A stretch of DNA of 64,000 nucleotides from the human T2T-CHM13v2.0 reference genome, Homo sapiens (GCF_009914755.1 NC_060929.1); one strand, 5' to 3'. Numbered from the stretch's first letter, positions 33,869 through 48,999 are shown. Notes: generated by a model from the sequence alone, not told the origin. Made by a program: numbers and translations.

Positions 33869-36337
33869 TTTTATTATTATTATTATTATACTTTAAGTTC
33901 TGGGGTACATGTGCAGAACGTGCAGGTTTGTTACATAGGTATACATGTGCCATGGTGGTTTGCTGCACCCACCAACCCGTCATCTATATTAGGTATTTCT
34001 CCTAATGTTATCCCTCCCCCAGCCCCACAGCCCTCAACAGGCCCCAGTGTGTAAAGTTCCCCTCCCTGTGTATGTGTGTTCTCATTGTTCAACTCCCACT
34101 TATAAGTGAGAACATGTGGTGTTTGGTTTTCTGTTCTTGTGTTAGTTTGCTGAGGATGATGGTTTGCAGCTTCATCCATGTCCCTGCAAAGAACATGAAC
34201 TCATCCTTTTTTATGGCTGAGTAGTATTCCATGGTGCATATATGCAACATTTTCTTTAACCAGTCTATCACTGATGGGCATTTGGGTTGGTTCCAAGTCC
34301 TTGCTATTGTGAACAGTGCTGCAATAAACATACATGTGCAAGTGTCTTTATAGTAGAATGATTTATAATCCTTTGGGTATATACCCAGTGATGGGATTGC
34401 TGGGTCAAATGGTATTTCTAGTTCTAGATCCTTGAGGAATTGCCACACTGTCTTCCACAATGGTTGAACTAATTTACACTCCCACCAACAGTGTAAAAGC
34501 GTTCCTATTTCTCCACATCCTCTCCAGCATCTGTTTTTTCCTGACTTTTTAATGATCGCCATTCTAACTGGTGTGAAATGGTATCTCATTGTGGTTTTGA
34601 TTTGCATTTCTCTGATGACCGGTGATGACGAGCATTTTTTCATGTGTCTGTTGGCTGCATAAATGTCTTCTTTTGAGAAGTGTCTGTTTATATCCTTTGC
34701 CCACTTTTTGATGGGGTTGTTTTTTTTCTTGTAAATTTATTGAAGTTCTTTGTAGATTCTGGATATTAGCCCTTTGTCAGATGGGCAGATTGCAAAAATA
34801 TTCCCCCATTCTGTAGGTTGCCTGTTCACTCTGCTGGTAGTTTCTTTTGCTGTGCAGAAGCTCTTTAGTTTAATTAGATCCCATTTGTCAATTTTGGCTT
34901 TTGTTGCTATTGCTTTTGGTGTCTTAGTCATGAAGTCTTTGCTCATGCCTATTTCCTGAATGGTATTGCCTAGGTTTTCTTCTAGGGTTTTTATGGTTTT
35001 GGGTCTTACGTTTAAGTCTTTAATCCATCTTGAGTTAATTTTTGTATAAGATGAAAGGAAGGGATCCAGCTTCAGCTTTCTGCGTATGGCTAGCCAGTTT
35101 TCCCAACACCATTTATTAAACAGGGAATCCTTTCCCCATTGCTTGTTTTTGTCAGGTTTGTCAAAGATCAAATGGTTGTGGATGTGTGGTGTTATTTCTG
35201 AGGCCTCTGTTCTGTTCCATTGGTCTATATATCTTATTTGGTACCAGTACCATGCTGTCTTTGTTACTGTAGCCTTGTAGTATGAAGTCAGAGACACAAT
35301 AAAAAAAGAAAATTTTAGACCAATATCCCTGATGAACACTGATGCAAAAATCCTCAATAAAATACTGGCAAACCTAATCCAGCAGCACATCAAAAAGCTT
35401 ATCCACCCCGATCAAGTCGGCTTCATCCCTGGAATGCAAGGCTGGTTCAACATACACAAATCAATAAACGTAATCCATCACAGAAACAGAACCAGTGACA
35501 AAACCACATGATTATCTCAATAGATGCAGAAAAAGCCTTCGACAAAATTCAACAGCCTTTCATGCTAAAAACTCTCAATTAACTAGGTATTCATGGAATG
35601 TATCTCAAAATAATAAGAGCTATTTTTGACAAACCCACAGCCAATATCATACTGAATGGGCAAAAGCTAGAAGCATTCCCTTTGAAAACCGGCATAAGAA
35701 AAGAATGCCCTCTCTCACCATTCCTTTTCAACATATTATTCAAAACTCTGGTGAGGGCAGTCAGGCAAGAGAAAGAAATAAAGGGTATTCAATTAGGAAA
35801 AGAGGAAATTCAATTGTCTCTGTTTGCAGATGACATGATTGTATATTTAGAAAACCCCATCGTCTCAGCCCAAAATCTCCTTAAGCTGATAAGCAACTTC
35901 AGCAAAGTCTCAGGATACGAAATCAAAGTGCAAAAATCACAAGCATTCCTATACACCAGTAACAGACAGAGAGCCAAATCACGAGCAAACTCCCATTCAC
36001 AATTGCTACAAAGAGAATAAAATACCTAGGAATACAACTTACAAAGGATGTGAAGGACCTCTTCAAGGAGAACTACAAACCACTGCTCAAGGAAATAAGA
36101 GAGGACACAAACAAATGGAAAAACATCCTCATGGATAGGAAGAATCAATATCATGAAAATGGCCATATTGCCCAAAGTAATTTATAGATTCAATGCTATC
36201 CCCATCAAACTACCATTGACTTTCTTCACAGAATTGGAAAAAAACTACTTTAGATTTCATATGGAACCAAAAATGAGCCTGCATAGCCAAGATAATCGTA
36301 AGCAAAAAGAACAAAGCTGAAGGCATCACGCTACCTG
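33869..36337 (-). mobile_element. 5'-inverted (twin-primed) L1PA7-like insertion
   Basis: 3' part on - to about 35290, inverted part on + from about 35291 to 36337; TSD ACCC(T/A)GCTTATTTTTCT at 33852-33868 and 36338-36354. Confidence 0.93.
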
Positions 36338-37097
36338 ACCCAGCTTATTTTTCTACATAGGATCCCCACATCCCTGCTTTTGCTAGAATGGAAACTAGAC
36401 AAGGACCAACTTTTATCAACTTGTTCATTTCTCTATTCCTAGAACACAGCCTGGTACAAAATTTGCGTTTAATAATGTTTGTTGAATGAATTTGAATGAT
36501 GGATTTGTTTAGAAGGTTTATAACATCCCATGCCTTATGAGTTTGTTGCCAGAGGAAAAAAGAAGCCTGTTTTTGGTTCATAACATCAGGTATGTAACCT
36601 GGAATTTGGAATCATGAGTTTTTATGCATTTGCTTCATATTATTTATTTTTAAGAGATCTTTCAAAGTATTGACAAAGATACTTTAAGATTGAGAGCCTC
36701 CCTGATAACCCAGGAATGAGAGTTTTAGATTAAGTTTACAATATGATTGAAGGCTAATCATATAAGGAGAAAAAAATAAGAAAAAGAAGAGAAATTTGAA
36801 AAGAAATCTCCAAAATGGCCATGGACATCAGAACACTGAGAATTCATACACAAAAATGTGTTTTGCTTCATACCTGTCTGTTGCACATCTATACATTTCA
36901 TAGATGCAGAGGAATTTTGGCTAAATTCCTAACACATGAGAGGCATTCTGCACTTACTTCTCAAATTAGAATTAACACATGAGTATGTATAAGTTGTTTA
37001 GAGTGGGCATCTATTTAATGAGTTTACTGGCTGAATCTTTTAAAAGAATGCAAACATAAGTGCCTTTTATCAAAAATCAATGAAAAGATAAAAGGCC

Positions 37098-37565
37098 CTG
37101 TAGTGCATGCTGTGGTTCCCACACTACATCCCCCACATCCACCTGATGTCATCACAACTGTCTATGGTGTCCATTTGCCACTATGCACCCTGCCGGGCAG
37201 ACTCAGGTGCCTGCCTCGGCAAAGACCCTCAGCTCATGTGCAGGTACAGCCTAGAAGTGCATGGGGGTGAACATCTCTGAGGCACCCTTCAACCAGTGAG
37301 TACTGGGAGCGGTAGATAAATATCCTAGCCTCTCATCTTTCTACACAACAGTGGTGGTGCATATTCTACACAGCTTCTCAAAGGAGCCTCAGAGGGATTG
37401 GGCCCCATTAGCCACTGTGATAACCAGCTCAGAACACACACATATTAGTTGTTCTCCCTTTCCTTCCCACCCTCCCCATTCCCTGACTGCTAGATCCAGA
37501 AGTCATCTTCCAGATGAACTACCTATATCCAAATCCTAATCTCTAGCTCTGGTTTCTTAAACAGG
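37098..37565 (+). mobile_element. LTR16-like ERVL solo LTR, about 250 bp upstream of exon 4
   Basis: TGTAG start; GATAAATATCCTAGCCTC and TCATCTTCCAGATGAACTACCTATATCCAAATCCT resemble the LTR16 3' end. Confidence 0.55.
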
Positions 37566-37747
37566 TCCTATGAAATGCTTGAAATAAAAGGCAAAATGGT
37601 TTGTGTCTAGAATCAAAGGCTGACAATGGCAAGCAACAGGCACTAAAACTATGACCCAGGAAAAATGCTTTTCTGGAAGACATCGGCATTACCTCCTAGA
37701 CACGGAATACACTGGCTTCATCCCAGTAGTTTCTTCACACACTTTAG

Positions 37748-38005
<258 letters not shown>

Positions 38006-38059
38006 TGAGTCAGATGTACTGTGGGAATGGAAGTGATTTGTTGTGATTTATGCAATCAA

Positions 38060-38750
38060 TGAATATTCATTCACTCATTTATTGAAAAAAATATTAATCA
38101 AGCCCATCCTATGTGCTGAGTACTATTTTAGGCCCTGGAGATATAGCAGTGATTACAAAAGACAAAATCCCTGGTCTCATGGAGATTTCCTTCCAATGCA
38201 GGGAGACAGGCAATAAAAATTGAATTAAATGTCAGCTAGTAATATAGGTTATTAAGAAAAATAAAGCCAGAAAGCAGCATATCAGCAGTGTGTGGGAGTT
38301 TGTGTATGTGCATGAGAATGTGTGAGAGTGTGTCAAAGTGTGAGTGAGAGCATGTATGGATACACGTGGGCATGTGCATGTGGATGAGAGTGTGTGTAAA
38401 AGGCTTGAATGATGCTGAAATGCGTGGTCCTAGGAGGCCTCTCTATTGTGGTGTCCTAGACCAGAGACATAAGTGAAACGGGACAGGCCACGTGAGTATC
38501 TGGGGGAAAGGCTATGCAGGCAGAGGAAATTGCAAGTACAAAGTCCCTGAGGCAGTCTTGGCATATTTGAGGGATGAAAAAGGCCAGCACTGAAGGCACA
38601 AGATTGAAAGTGAGGAGAGTGATATGGGAAGGGATCAGAGAGTTACTTAGGGACTGACCATGCCAAACCTCATAGGCAAGGGCAAGGCTTTGAATTTTAC
38701 TTTATTTGTGGTGGAAAGCTGTAGGTGTTTTTGAAAAGATATATGCTTTA
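38060..38750. mobile_element. L2 fragment with embedded GT-rich simple repeat (about 38287-38397)
   Basis: ATTCATTCACTCATTTATTG tail and AGGCAGAGGAAATTGCAAGTACAAAGTCCCTGAGGCAG. Confidence 0.7.
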
Positions 38751-41700
38751 AAAGATGTAGCTTTGTTTCTAACCAGATAATACACTCCTTCTCTTAAATA
38801 TATTCAGTAAAAGACTGTAGTACTTTTTCATTTTTACCAGTGACCCTCTAAAATAACAGAGGAAGGGTGAAACAAAGACCTCTCAATATAGGTACCATCC
38901 AAGTTGTTTATTTCTTCCCCTTCACCTGGCATTATTTTCATTTTTGTTTACTCTCACTGTGTATATTTTTCCCTTTTTTACATTTTAGGCTTAAACACTT
39001 CATTATCTCCTGTTTTCCACCCAACCCCCAGAGAAGGCCTAAGCCAAGATGCAGGGTTAGTGAGGACCCTTTATCCTTGGCTCAAGGTGTTCGTTAGTCA
39101 GAGGATGACATTGTCTATCCAACCGAAGAGCTGGAATAGGGAAGGAAGATGCAGCCAGCAGTTAAGGGTATGAGCTCAGGGCTAACAAACCTGCACTTCA
39201 GTGTAGTTCTGCACTTTCTCACCAAGGAATACTAGGGAAATTAGCCAGTTTGTGTACAACTCAGCCTCCTCATTTGCAGAAAGGAGATAATGGACTTGCC
39301 TCATGACTTCTTGTGAGGATCATATGAGATAACCCATGAAAAATACTTGGCAGAGTACTTGACACATAATAAGTACTCACTAAATGGTAGCTGGTATTCT
39401 TCTTATCGGTAGTATAGTGATAATTTTAAAATAATTATGATATAGAAATCCAGTTCCTGGACTATAAAATGACTATAAATTGTATAAGACCATTTATACC
39501 AGTAAATTGTTATAATTATTTTAATTATTGGTATAAGAGCATTTTAATGCAGAGCTGCTGCTTAATTTGCAGATAAAAAAATACTTGGAGTTAGCAACCA
39601 AGCAGACCTTCCCCACCTTTCAGTATAAGAGAGGTCTCTTGGATGAAGTGAAGTGAAGATGAAATGTTTGGGCACCAAGTATACTATATTTTTCCTTAAG
39701 GCTGACACCACAGAGAGGTTGGGGCCAGTAAACAGAGTTGATTTCTATAAATACATTCAGACATGAAGTTAGTATGTTTGATGACACTTTTGAAATGTGT
39801 GGAATCATTAAGTTATTTGTACAGGCACAATTAGCCAAACTGTAAAGAAAAGTAGCAGAATAACCTCTTAAGCTGGGCCCACTTTATGAAAATAATTTTT
39901 TGCTACCTCAATATTTACCAAATTTGATGAGCAAAAAGAGAAATCCAAAGGAATGAAGCCTTGATAAATATATATCCCTTGCCCTCATCAATCAGGGTCA
40001 CATAACTCTGTCCACAGGCATCTTATGCACACTCCAGTCATTTCAGCATCTCTGGTTCAAATCCAGGATCTACACTACCAAGGATGCTGCTGAAAGTGTG
40101 ACTGGGTAAAGGGAAACGTTCAGACATATTCAGAAAGATGTCTTAGATTTTGCCCTGGTAGTGTTTGGAATCCCAGGAGGGTAAGTACAGCTTCATGATT
40201 AAGTGCCAACCCAAACTTACAAAATTAGATATTTGTGTTTTTTCTATAAAATATAACTATTTTGAATATCTTAGCCAAACTACTATGAGCCCACAGCCCA
40301 GTTTATCCAAGAAGGATAAAACTGAGGGATTAGGAGTATCAGGACTGGACTGGACTGATTAGTGTACAGTTATATTTGATTTCTCATTGCCCACTTCACA
40401 GAGAAGACAATACAAATGCACTTTCTGACTCTTATCACTGTTTCTTAGAACTCAGTTGCCAGGCAACTCCTGAAACTATAGAAACATGCTTCTCATCCCT
40501 GACACATAAATAAAACTCTGAGATGATTTTATCCAAAGTCAGAGTCAGTGGGCAGTGCAGTTGTTTCAGTTTGCTGGCCTGGCCTCAGTATCTAAAGCAC
40601 AACAGAACGTGAACATGTCAGGCTGTCAACAGGACAGTTCAGGCACAGCCCTACAGGCAGTTGTGTGTTTTGCCTGGCTCTGCTCCTTGCCAGGTGGCTG
40701 GCAGAAAAGGCAGCCTCCACATGTTAGAGCAGCAGATTCAAAACAGTGTCTGCCATCCTGTGATGACGATAGTGCCAAATTCAGCCTCTGAGCTTGCAGG
40801 GGACTCAGGATGAATGCACATTACAGGCATGGTAAAAAGAGGCTCTGGGAAGCATGTTCGAGCTGCTCTGCTCTCAGCTCCTTGCATGTAAATGCTGTGT
40901 TTTTAAAGGAAGTGGGCATGTGAACACTCAGTCCTTAAGGCTGTATCCCCCACCTCTTCCATACCCATTCAACCCCACTTCAAAAATTACCCTGGTCTTA
41001 AGAGAAATTTCATTTTCTATACAAGGTTGTGTGGAAAATCAGTAGGGAGAAAGGGCATTATTACTTTCATTTTTCTTTAACAAAAGTATTAAATTTAAAG
41101 CCAAAAACGTGCGCTTTCTGTCATGAAAACAGCTGCCCTTAAAAACATAAATGATGTTTTATTTTTATTACTTTTATCTAGTTGGTTGTCTTTAGATGAA
41201 AAACATTTCTTCTGCTCTTTATTCTTATTTTTAATGATAGTCTCTTTCTATGGTTCTCACCCCTTCCATTTCACAAGATAGTCTGGGAGCAAACCTAAAG
41301 CACTTAACTTTTGGGAGTAAGAGCAGAGGGGAGCTTCCATACATTGATTTTGGTCATCTGTAGAGACATTCAACCCAGAGAAGGCAAGTGACACAGTATC
41401 TGTTTTATGAGCTAATTTGGGTTCTTGTCTACATTTAATAGTTTAAAATATAAGTTATAAATATTTATTTAAAATGAAATTCAACATTGGTTCATGAAGA
41501 AAGAGGTTGGAAGTAGTGTTTTGAACTAGCTGTTTCTGATCCATCATGCTTAAAATAAATGCTCTGTTTGTCCTGTGGAGTTCATGGATTTGGGATAATC
41601 TAAACAGGGTTTTTTAAACAGTCCTCATGGGGAACAAGGTACTGACATGCACTGTTGAGAAATTCTGTGAATCATGAAAGAGCTAATCTTTTAGAAATCC

Positions 41701-41959
41701 AGACCTGTTAAGCACTAATCTACATCTTTGGAATATCTTAATACTTTGAGTTTTCTAACTTTTATACTATCACTTATGCTAAGTACATTTGATATCCCTT
41801 CTATTATGTGAAAGCCTCATTTTCTGGGCAATTTTCTTACAACTACTCTCTTTAATGCACTCTTACTTAATTTGAAAGTAAATATCAAATTAAGCATACT
41901 ATAGTTCAATGAACCACCCACCTATTCCTAATTTTTTTAACATTTCTCTTCTGACTCTA

Positions 41960-41996
41960 CATACACACATACTTACACACACACACACAAACACAC
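41960..41996. repeat. Imperfect (CA)n microsatellite
   Basis: CATACACACATACTTACACACACACACACAAACACAC. Confidence 0.85.
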
Positions 41997-42074
41997 CTTA
42001 TCTTTTCTTCTGCCTTTTGCCCATTTACTTTTTGCATCAGAGATGAATCTCTCATTCAAGCATATGCAACTTTT

Positions 42075-42366
42075 TTTTTTTTTGAGATGGAGTCTTGCTT
42101 TGGCACCCAGGCTGGAGTGCAGTGGCTCGATCTTGGCTTACTGCAAACTTTGCCTCCTGCGTTCAAGCAATTCTCCTGCCTCAGCCTACCTACCGAATAG
42201 CTGGGATTACAGAAGCATGCCATCATGCCCAGCTAATTTTTGTATTTTTAGTACAGATGGGGTTTTACCATGTTAGCCAGGCTGGTCTCAATCTCCTAAC
42301 CCATGATCCGCCTGCCTCAGCCTCCGAAAGTGCTGGGATTACAGGCATGAACCACCGTACCCAGCC
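42075..42366 (-). mobile_element. AluS
   Basis: Perfect TSD AGCATATGCAACTTTT at 42059-42074 and 42367-42382. Confidence 0.93.
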
Positions 42367-43599
42367 AGCATATGCAACTTTTAAGAGTCTCAACCAAAGC
42401 AGCAATTCACTGTCTCAGACCCTGGAGTCTCTGCCATTTAAATCCCAATTTCCTTCCAACAGCTGAGGAGCAGCTGTCTCAAGGACCCTCTGATACTACA
42501 CAAGTTTTCTCCTAGTGCCAAGCAGACCAGCCTGAGAAACAGCTATAAGAAGGAAATAGGCGTCTTCTCCCAGCTTGGCATCCTTTCCTTCCAGGCCCTG
42601 CCTTCCCTACAACCTGCATTGTCTTCATTGTCCACTGCTGCCCAGCACCCATCCCACAGAGGGATGGTCCCAAACCTCCACAGTCTGGCCTGTGAGCCAC
42701 AGGCGCCTCTGCCTGCACAGGGCCATTCCTACCTCATCTTCCACAACCACAGATTACATGGTTTTATGTCCCTTTGACTTATATATTGTCTTCTCAATTA
42801 ATAGGCTAGTGAATAACATGGAGATGATGAACTACCTCACCCAAGTAGCAATTCTAATTTAAGAAAATTTTCCTGTCATTCCATTGCCTTTTACTTCCAT
42901 TACCACACTCATGCCCATACTTCCTTACCTCAATCCCTTTGACCTCTCTGTTTATTCCCTTCCTTGCCGTATTGCCATCTATTAAACTTTTACCCATCCT
43001 TCAAGAATGCTAAAAACATACCTCCACCTTGAAGCCTTCCATGAAGAGCCAGAGCAATCATTCCCTCTTCTGAACTTTTAAGGACCCTAGAGAGCACTAC
43101 TAATGAGCACTTACCCACATTGCTTTGTAATATGGTTTTTTACTCTTTCCTTCTGAGGCAGGAGGAATTCCTTAGACATCTATGAATCCCATAGTGTCTG
43201 TCATTATGTTTTAGACATAACCAATTCTCATTAAATGTCAATAGAATGAATATAAGAGGCCCAAAAAACTACTCAGATGGGAATTTGAGTCTTATTTTAG
43301 CCTGAAATTAGGGGACCACATCTTACTTATCTTTATATCTGCACAGCGTTGGTGCTGGATATAATGCATCACTCTGCCTGGAGCACACATCAACTTGTCT
43401 CCTCAGTTTCTTTCACCATAGGCTGGTGAAACAGCCAGGTCTAAACCTTCACTGTTCTCTGGGAATCTCTAGTTTGGGGGTGATTCTCTGTACTGTTTTA
43501 ATGAACATTTTTAAAATGTCCCTAAGTCTCAGAACCTTCATCTATACAACTGGCATAATAAAGTACCTACCATAGGAATCGATTTATGAGCAGGCATAG

Positions 43600-44058
<459 letters not shown>

Positions 44059-46189
44059 TAAATAAATGGGGAAGCCTGCAAGGTCCAAGTATAATCAAGT
44101 AGGAAGACTTTGTAACAGTGTTCTATAGATACATGGAGATCTGTTTTACAGGAGATGGGATCAGCTGGTGAACAAGAGGAAAAGGGCAGGGGGAACTTAA
44201 GTTGACTTTAACATAAAGTAGCCTGGCAGTAAATGTTGTGAAGAAGAGAATAGGAACCTTGTGGAGTCTTTTCCTTTAGGATATCTTTGAAGCTGCGTTG
44301 TGTTTTTATGTTCCACTGCAAAGGGTGAACTTAATATATTCTTAGGATTTCTTACTTCCTAATTATTTGATAGGATCCTTATATTCAAATTCACTGAAAT
44401 ACGTTGGCCTTTGACCTCTACCATTGCTGTAATCAAAGCCTAGATTTTCTTTATCACAAAGCATAATCATTCTGGAATTTTACATTTACAAAACAGCCAC
44501 AGTTACTTTAAAGACATGTTTATTAGATCTCAGAACAAATACTGGAGACAATCAGCTCAGTGAACTAAGTGAAAGATCCAAACAGAGGATCCTTTGCCCA
44601 TCATATGGACACAAGGTGGAAACAAAACAAATAAAACAAACAATTGTAATTAGAATAGTCATGTTTATACCTTAATAGTATAAATAGCAAAATAGAAAGA
44701 ATCAAAGAAGGACTTTGAGTAGCTGAAATTAGTGCCTCAAAATCTATCCACAAAAGCTCATTTGTTGCTTATAGGAATTTCTCGTTGCTTCTCCCAAATG
44801 TATTGTTCTTTTTATGTGGTTTTCTAGGCATAAGCTGACTGGAAGACATAGGAGTATGTGGCTAGAACTTACAGATAGAAACAAATAAAATCTAATAGGC
44901 TGACTTTAAGGGAGAAGATTAAGAGAACTGTATCAAGCAGTAAAGATAACCCAATTGCTTTGCAAAGACAATTTAGTATGTGTCCTAACATCACTGGGTA
45001 TAGCTGTTGAGTTGAAACTAAATGGGATAGCAGAATGGGATAGTAGCAAGAACACTGGGTTAAAACCCATGTTCTAGCCCTGTTCTCTGCCAATAGCCAG
45101 TCCTACTCATTTACCTGGCTGACATGCCTGTCATGTGTCACGCACTGTTCTGGTGGTGGTGGTTATAGAATAAGTACAATACAGTCAAAGAGGGAAGTCA
45201 GGCATGTTCACAAATAATTGCAGTGCAGCGTGATAGGTGTTAGCCTGGAAATACGTGGAATGCAGAGCTGCAAAGGTGGTGGCCAAAGGCGTGAATGACT
45301 GACAGGCCTGAGGGATGAGGAAGGGCTGCACAGAGATGGTGACAGTTTAGTTACCTCTGAACTGGAATTGGACTCTCCCTATTTTTAAAAAAGTGATGAC
45401 CCACAGTGGTCAAAAGCATGAGTGAGTATTGTCAGGTACCACAGTGGACTTGCCTTTCAGTAACTACTAAGTTCCAACAGTAACTTAGTAGTTACTTAGT
45501 AATTACAACAGTAACTTAGTAGTCCCAACATGTTCAGGGACTCAGGAGCAGTTAGGAAGCCCTCCTAGTCAGCTGGAGAAATCATCAGTAGTTGTTTGTG
45601 CCCCAAAAAGGAATTTGGACTTTAACTGTCACGAGGTACCTTTGAGGATGTTTAAATAGGGAAATTACTTGAGGATACTAATAGTTAACAGTCACAAAAG
45701 TCTTACCATGTGTCAGGTATAAAAACCATCTTTTGCAATCACACTTTACAGATAATGAAACCGAGGCACAGAGCAGTTAAAGGACTAGTTCAAGTCAAAC
45801 AGCTAGTAGATAGAGCTGGGATTTGAACCTCCAGCCTCCATGCTCTTACTCTTGAGGCTTTGCAGTACCACTTGTCTCTTTATTAATGCTCAGAGAAATT
45901 AATCTTGTTGCAATGTGAAACGTAGATTGGAGTGGGACGGACTAGAGGTAGAAGAGGTTAAAAGACTGAGATGATCAAGGTAAAAGATTATGACAGGTAG
46001 CTACAACTAGCACAATAGTTGTGGGGCAAGGTGCTGAGAGTGAAAGAGAACAAAGAACTAATGTAACCCTGGTAGATCTTGAGAAAGTTGTCAATCATTA
46101 TAAGCCTCAGCTTCCTCATAAAATATGTATGTATGGTACTACCTCACAGGGCTATTCTTTGGATTTGAAGTACTATATTAGTTAGACAT

Positions 46190-47140
46190 TTGTCATTCAT
46201 TCAATTCATTCAGCAAATATTTATTATGCTCTTCTCTCAGGCCAGTCAATGTTCTCCATGCTGGGGATAGAAACTGTCTTCCCTGGTGGGATTTAATCCC
46301 AACGAGGATGGAAAGCGACAATGCTATGGAGAAATATAGGAAAGGAGAATAGGAGTGTTGGAGAGGTTGCAGTGTTGAGTTTTCAGGATTGGCATCCCTG
46401 AGGCAGTGGCATTTGAATAAAGAAGGATTGGAGAGGATAATTATGTGTGTGTCTCAGGGAAGGGCATTTCAGCAAGGGGGCACGCCAGAAGAAAGATCTC
46501 AAAGTAGGAGCATGCTTTTCCTCACTCAATGAACAGCAGGCCGGCGGTGGAGTGGGCACAGAGTGAGCGAGGAGACTGGTATGAGACCAAATCGCACAGA
46601 CAAGACAGTCAAATCTACCCAACCATTGCCAAAGACTTTGGCTTTCACTTGGAGTGAGGTAGGCAGCCTTTGGAGGGTTTTAGATGATGAGCGATGTGAT
46701 CTAACGTAAGTGTTAGGATAATCACTGTGTCAGTTCGCTTGAGGATTGCATGGAGAATAGACTGGAGGGGGACAAAGACCAAAGGGGTACAGTGGGGAGA
46801 CAAATGAAGCAAGAAGAATGAAAAAGGATAATGGCCAGGACCAGGTTATTAGTGGTGCAGGCGGTGGGACATGGTTGGATTCTGTTATATCTTGAAAGTA
46901 CAGCTGACGGAATGTGGATTAGTGAGGAAAAGATGAGCCAAGGACAAGTTCATTGTTTTTATCCTGAGCAACTAGAGGAATTGAGTCCTCGTTAACAGAG
47001 ATGGAAAAGAGGAAAGGAGAGCAGGTTTTGGAGAGGAAGAGCAAGGGTTTGTTTGGGGATATATTAAGTTTCAGATATTTTTTAAATATCTCACAGGAGT
47101 TGTCAATATAGCATGTAGATTTATGTATAGAGATAAAGGA
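46190..47140. mobile_element. L2 fragment
   Basis: CATTCATTCAATTCATTCAGCAAATATTTATT tail and purine-rich L2 body. Confidence 0.7.
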
Positions 47141-48684
47141 GAGGTCATTATTATGCCTGTAATGGTATCTCACAGGAGGTCATTGTTATGCCTGTAATGG
47201 TGGTACCAAATCTTTTCCAAAAGGACCTTGTCTCATATCCTCTATTTTTCAAATGCAGCATAAGTAATGAGTTATAGAAAATCTTCCATTAAAAACAATT
47301 TTATAGTTTGGTCACTTTAAACGGTTAAGCTTTGATTATCAGGATTCCTGAATCTCCAACAAATCCAGAAGGGTGAGGAATTATTGCCATTATATCGGCA
47401 TATGTAGTTTGGCCATTTTGCATATCCTTCCAATTTAATTTTCAAAATGTAGTCATGATTCATCAAATTTTGACTCTCCCTGTTTTTAAAAAGGTGGTGT
47501 CGACCCCACAGAGGGCAACAGCATGCTCCTCCACCATAAGGCCTGTTTTCACTGTGGGTGCACACAAGAGCTTCCCTCTTTGGCCAACAGATTTGACAGC
47601 CAGTAAGAGCTCCTCACTGTGTATATCTGTAAAGTTATCTCCAGTCAACGCTAGGGATGCACACTCTGCAACACTCTAGGTGGCCTTCTGTATATATGGC
47701 AGAAAAAGAAAGTAAATTTTACTCTGTATCTGCAAGTGATTTTCAAAACCCTCAGTAATGAGATCCAACTAGCAAAAATTTACCAGGAACTCTCTAGAAT
47801 ATAAATTTAGACATAGTTCCTAGCTTTGGAATCCATATTTTTCTTCATCAGCCTCTGAGAAATTGTGGTCTTTGAGGTCCTACTAAGCAGAATGCAACAA
47901 ATTTTCGTGGAACTGTAGAGTATATCAATAGAACCTGAGGAAAACAATGTTTCAAGTTGTTCATGTGACAGTCAAAAAGACAGAAAACACTGAATTGTCA
48001 CCATTTGTGAGACTAGCATAATGCTTTCTTCCTTCTTATGTCAGAAGAAAATATCACATGTGGCTAGGAAGATCACAAAGCTAGGGAGCATTAGCAGAGT
48101 GTGCAGGAAGATTGTATGAGAAGATTGAAGAAGAGTAAAAAAGGATAATGGCTAGGACCAGGTTATAGTGGTGCAGGCGGTGAGATATGGTTGGATTCTG
48201 TTATATCTTGAAAGTACAGCTGACGGAATCTGACGGAATATGGATTAGTGAGGCAAAGATGAGTCAGGGAACAACACAGAAATGAGGTAAACAGGGTCTC
48301 TGCCCCCAGGCCATACATAGTTGCAAGAAAAAAGGTTTCTCTACCCCTAGTTCCGAAGCAGCCCCATGTCTAAATTCTGTAAGTCTTTCTGACTCTCTGT
48401 TTTTTCAGTTTCAAGTGAAAATAAATTCCTTTGCCAAAATCCTGATGCATTTATGATATCAGAGCAAAAAGAAATATACAACATGGCAGATCTTGTAAAT
48501 AGTGATCAGATGTTTTACTCCAAAAGGAATTTTTGTAAGGGCTTATTTAGAAGTTAAAAACAAGTCATCCTTGAGTTAAAAAAAAAAGTTACTCTCTTAT
48601 AAAGTGAAAGTTATAATAAGAAAAATATTGGAAGAAATAAGAGCATGAATGATCAAAAATGTAGAAAGTAATTTGGTCTTCTGA

Positions 48685-48999
<315 letters not shown>

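Noticed and set aside
34737-35393. 218-aa ORF as a new gene
   Set aside because: It is a chimera across the L1 inversion junction: antisense L1 fused to an ORF2 fragment.
47317-47679. Overlapping short ORFs as a processed pseudogene
   Set aside because: No recognisable protein in any frame, and no poly(A) or TSD.
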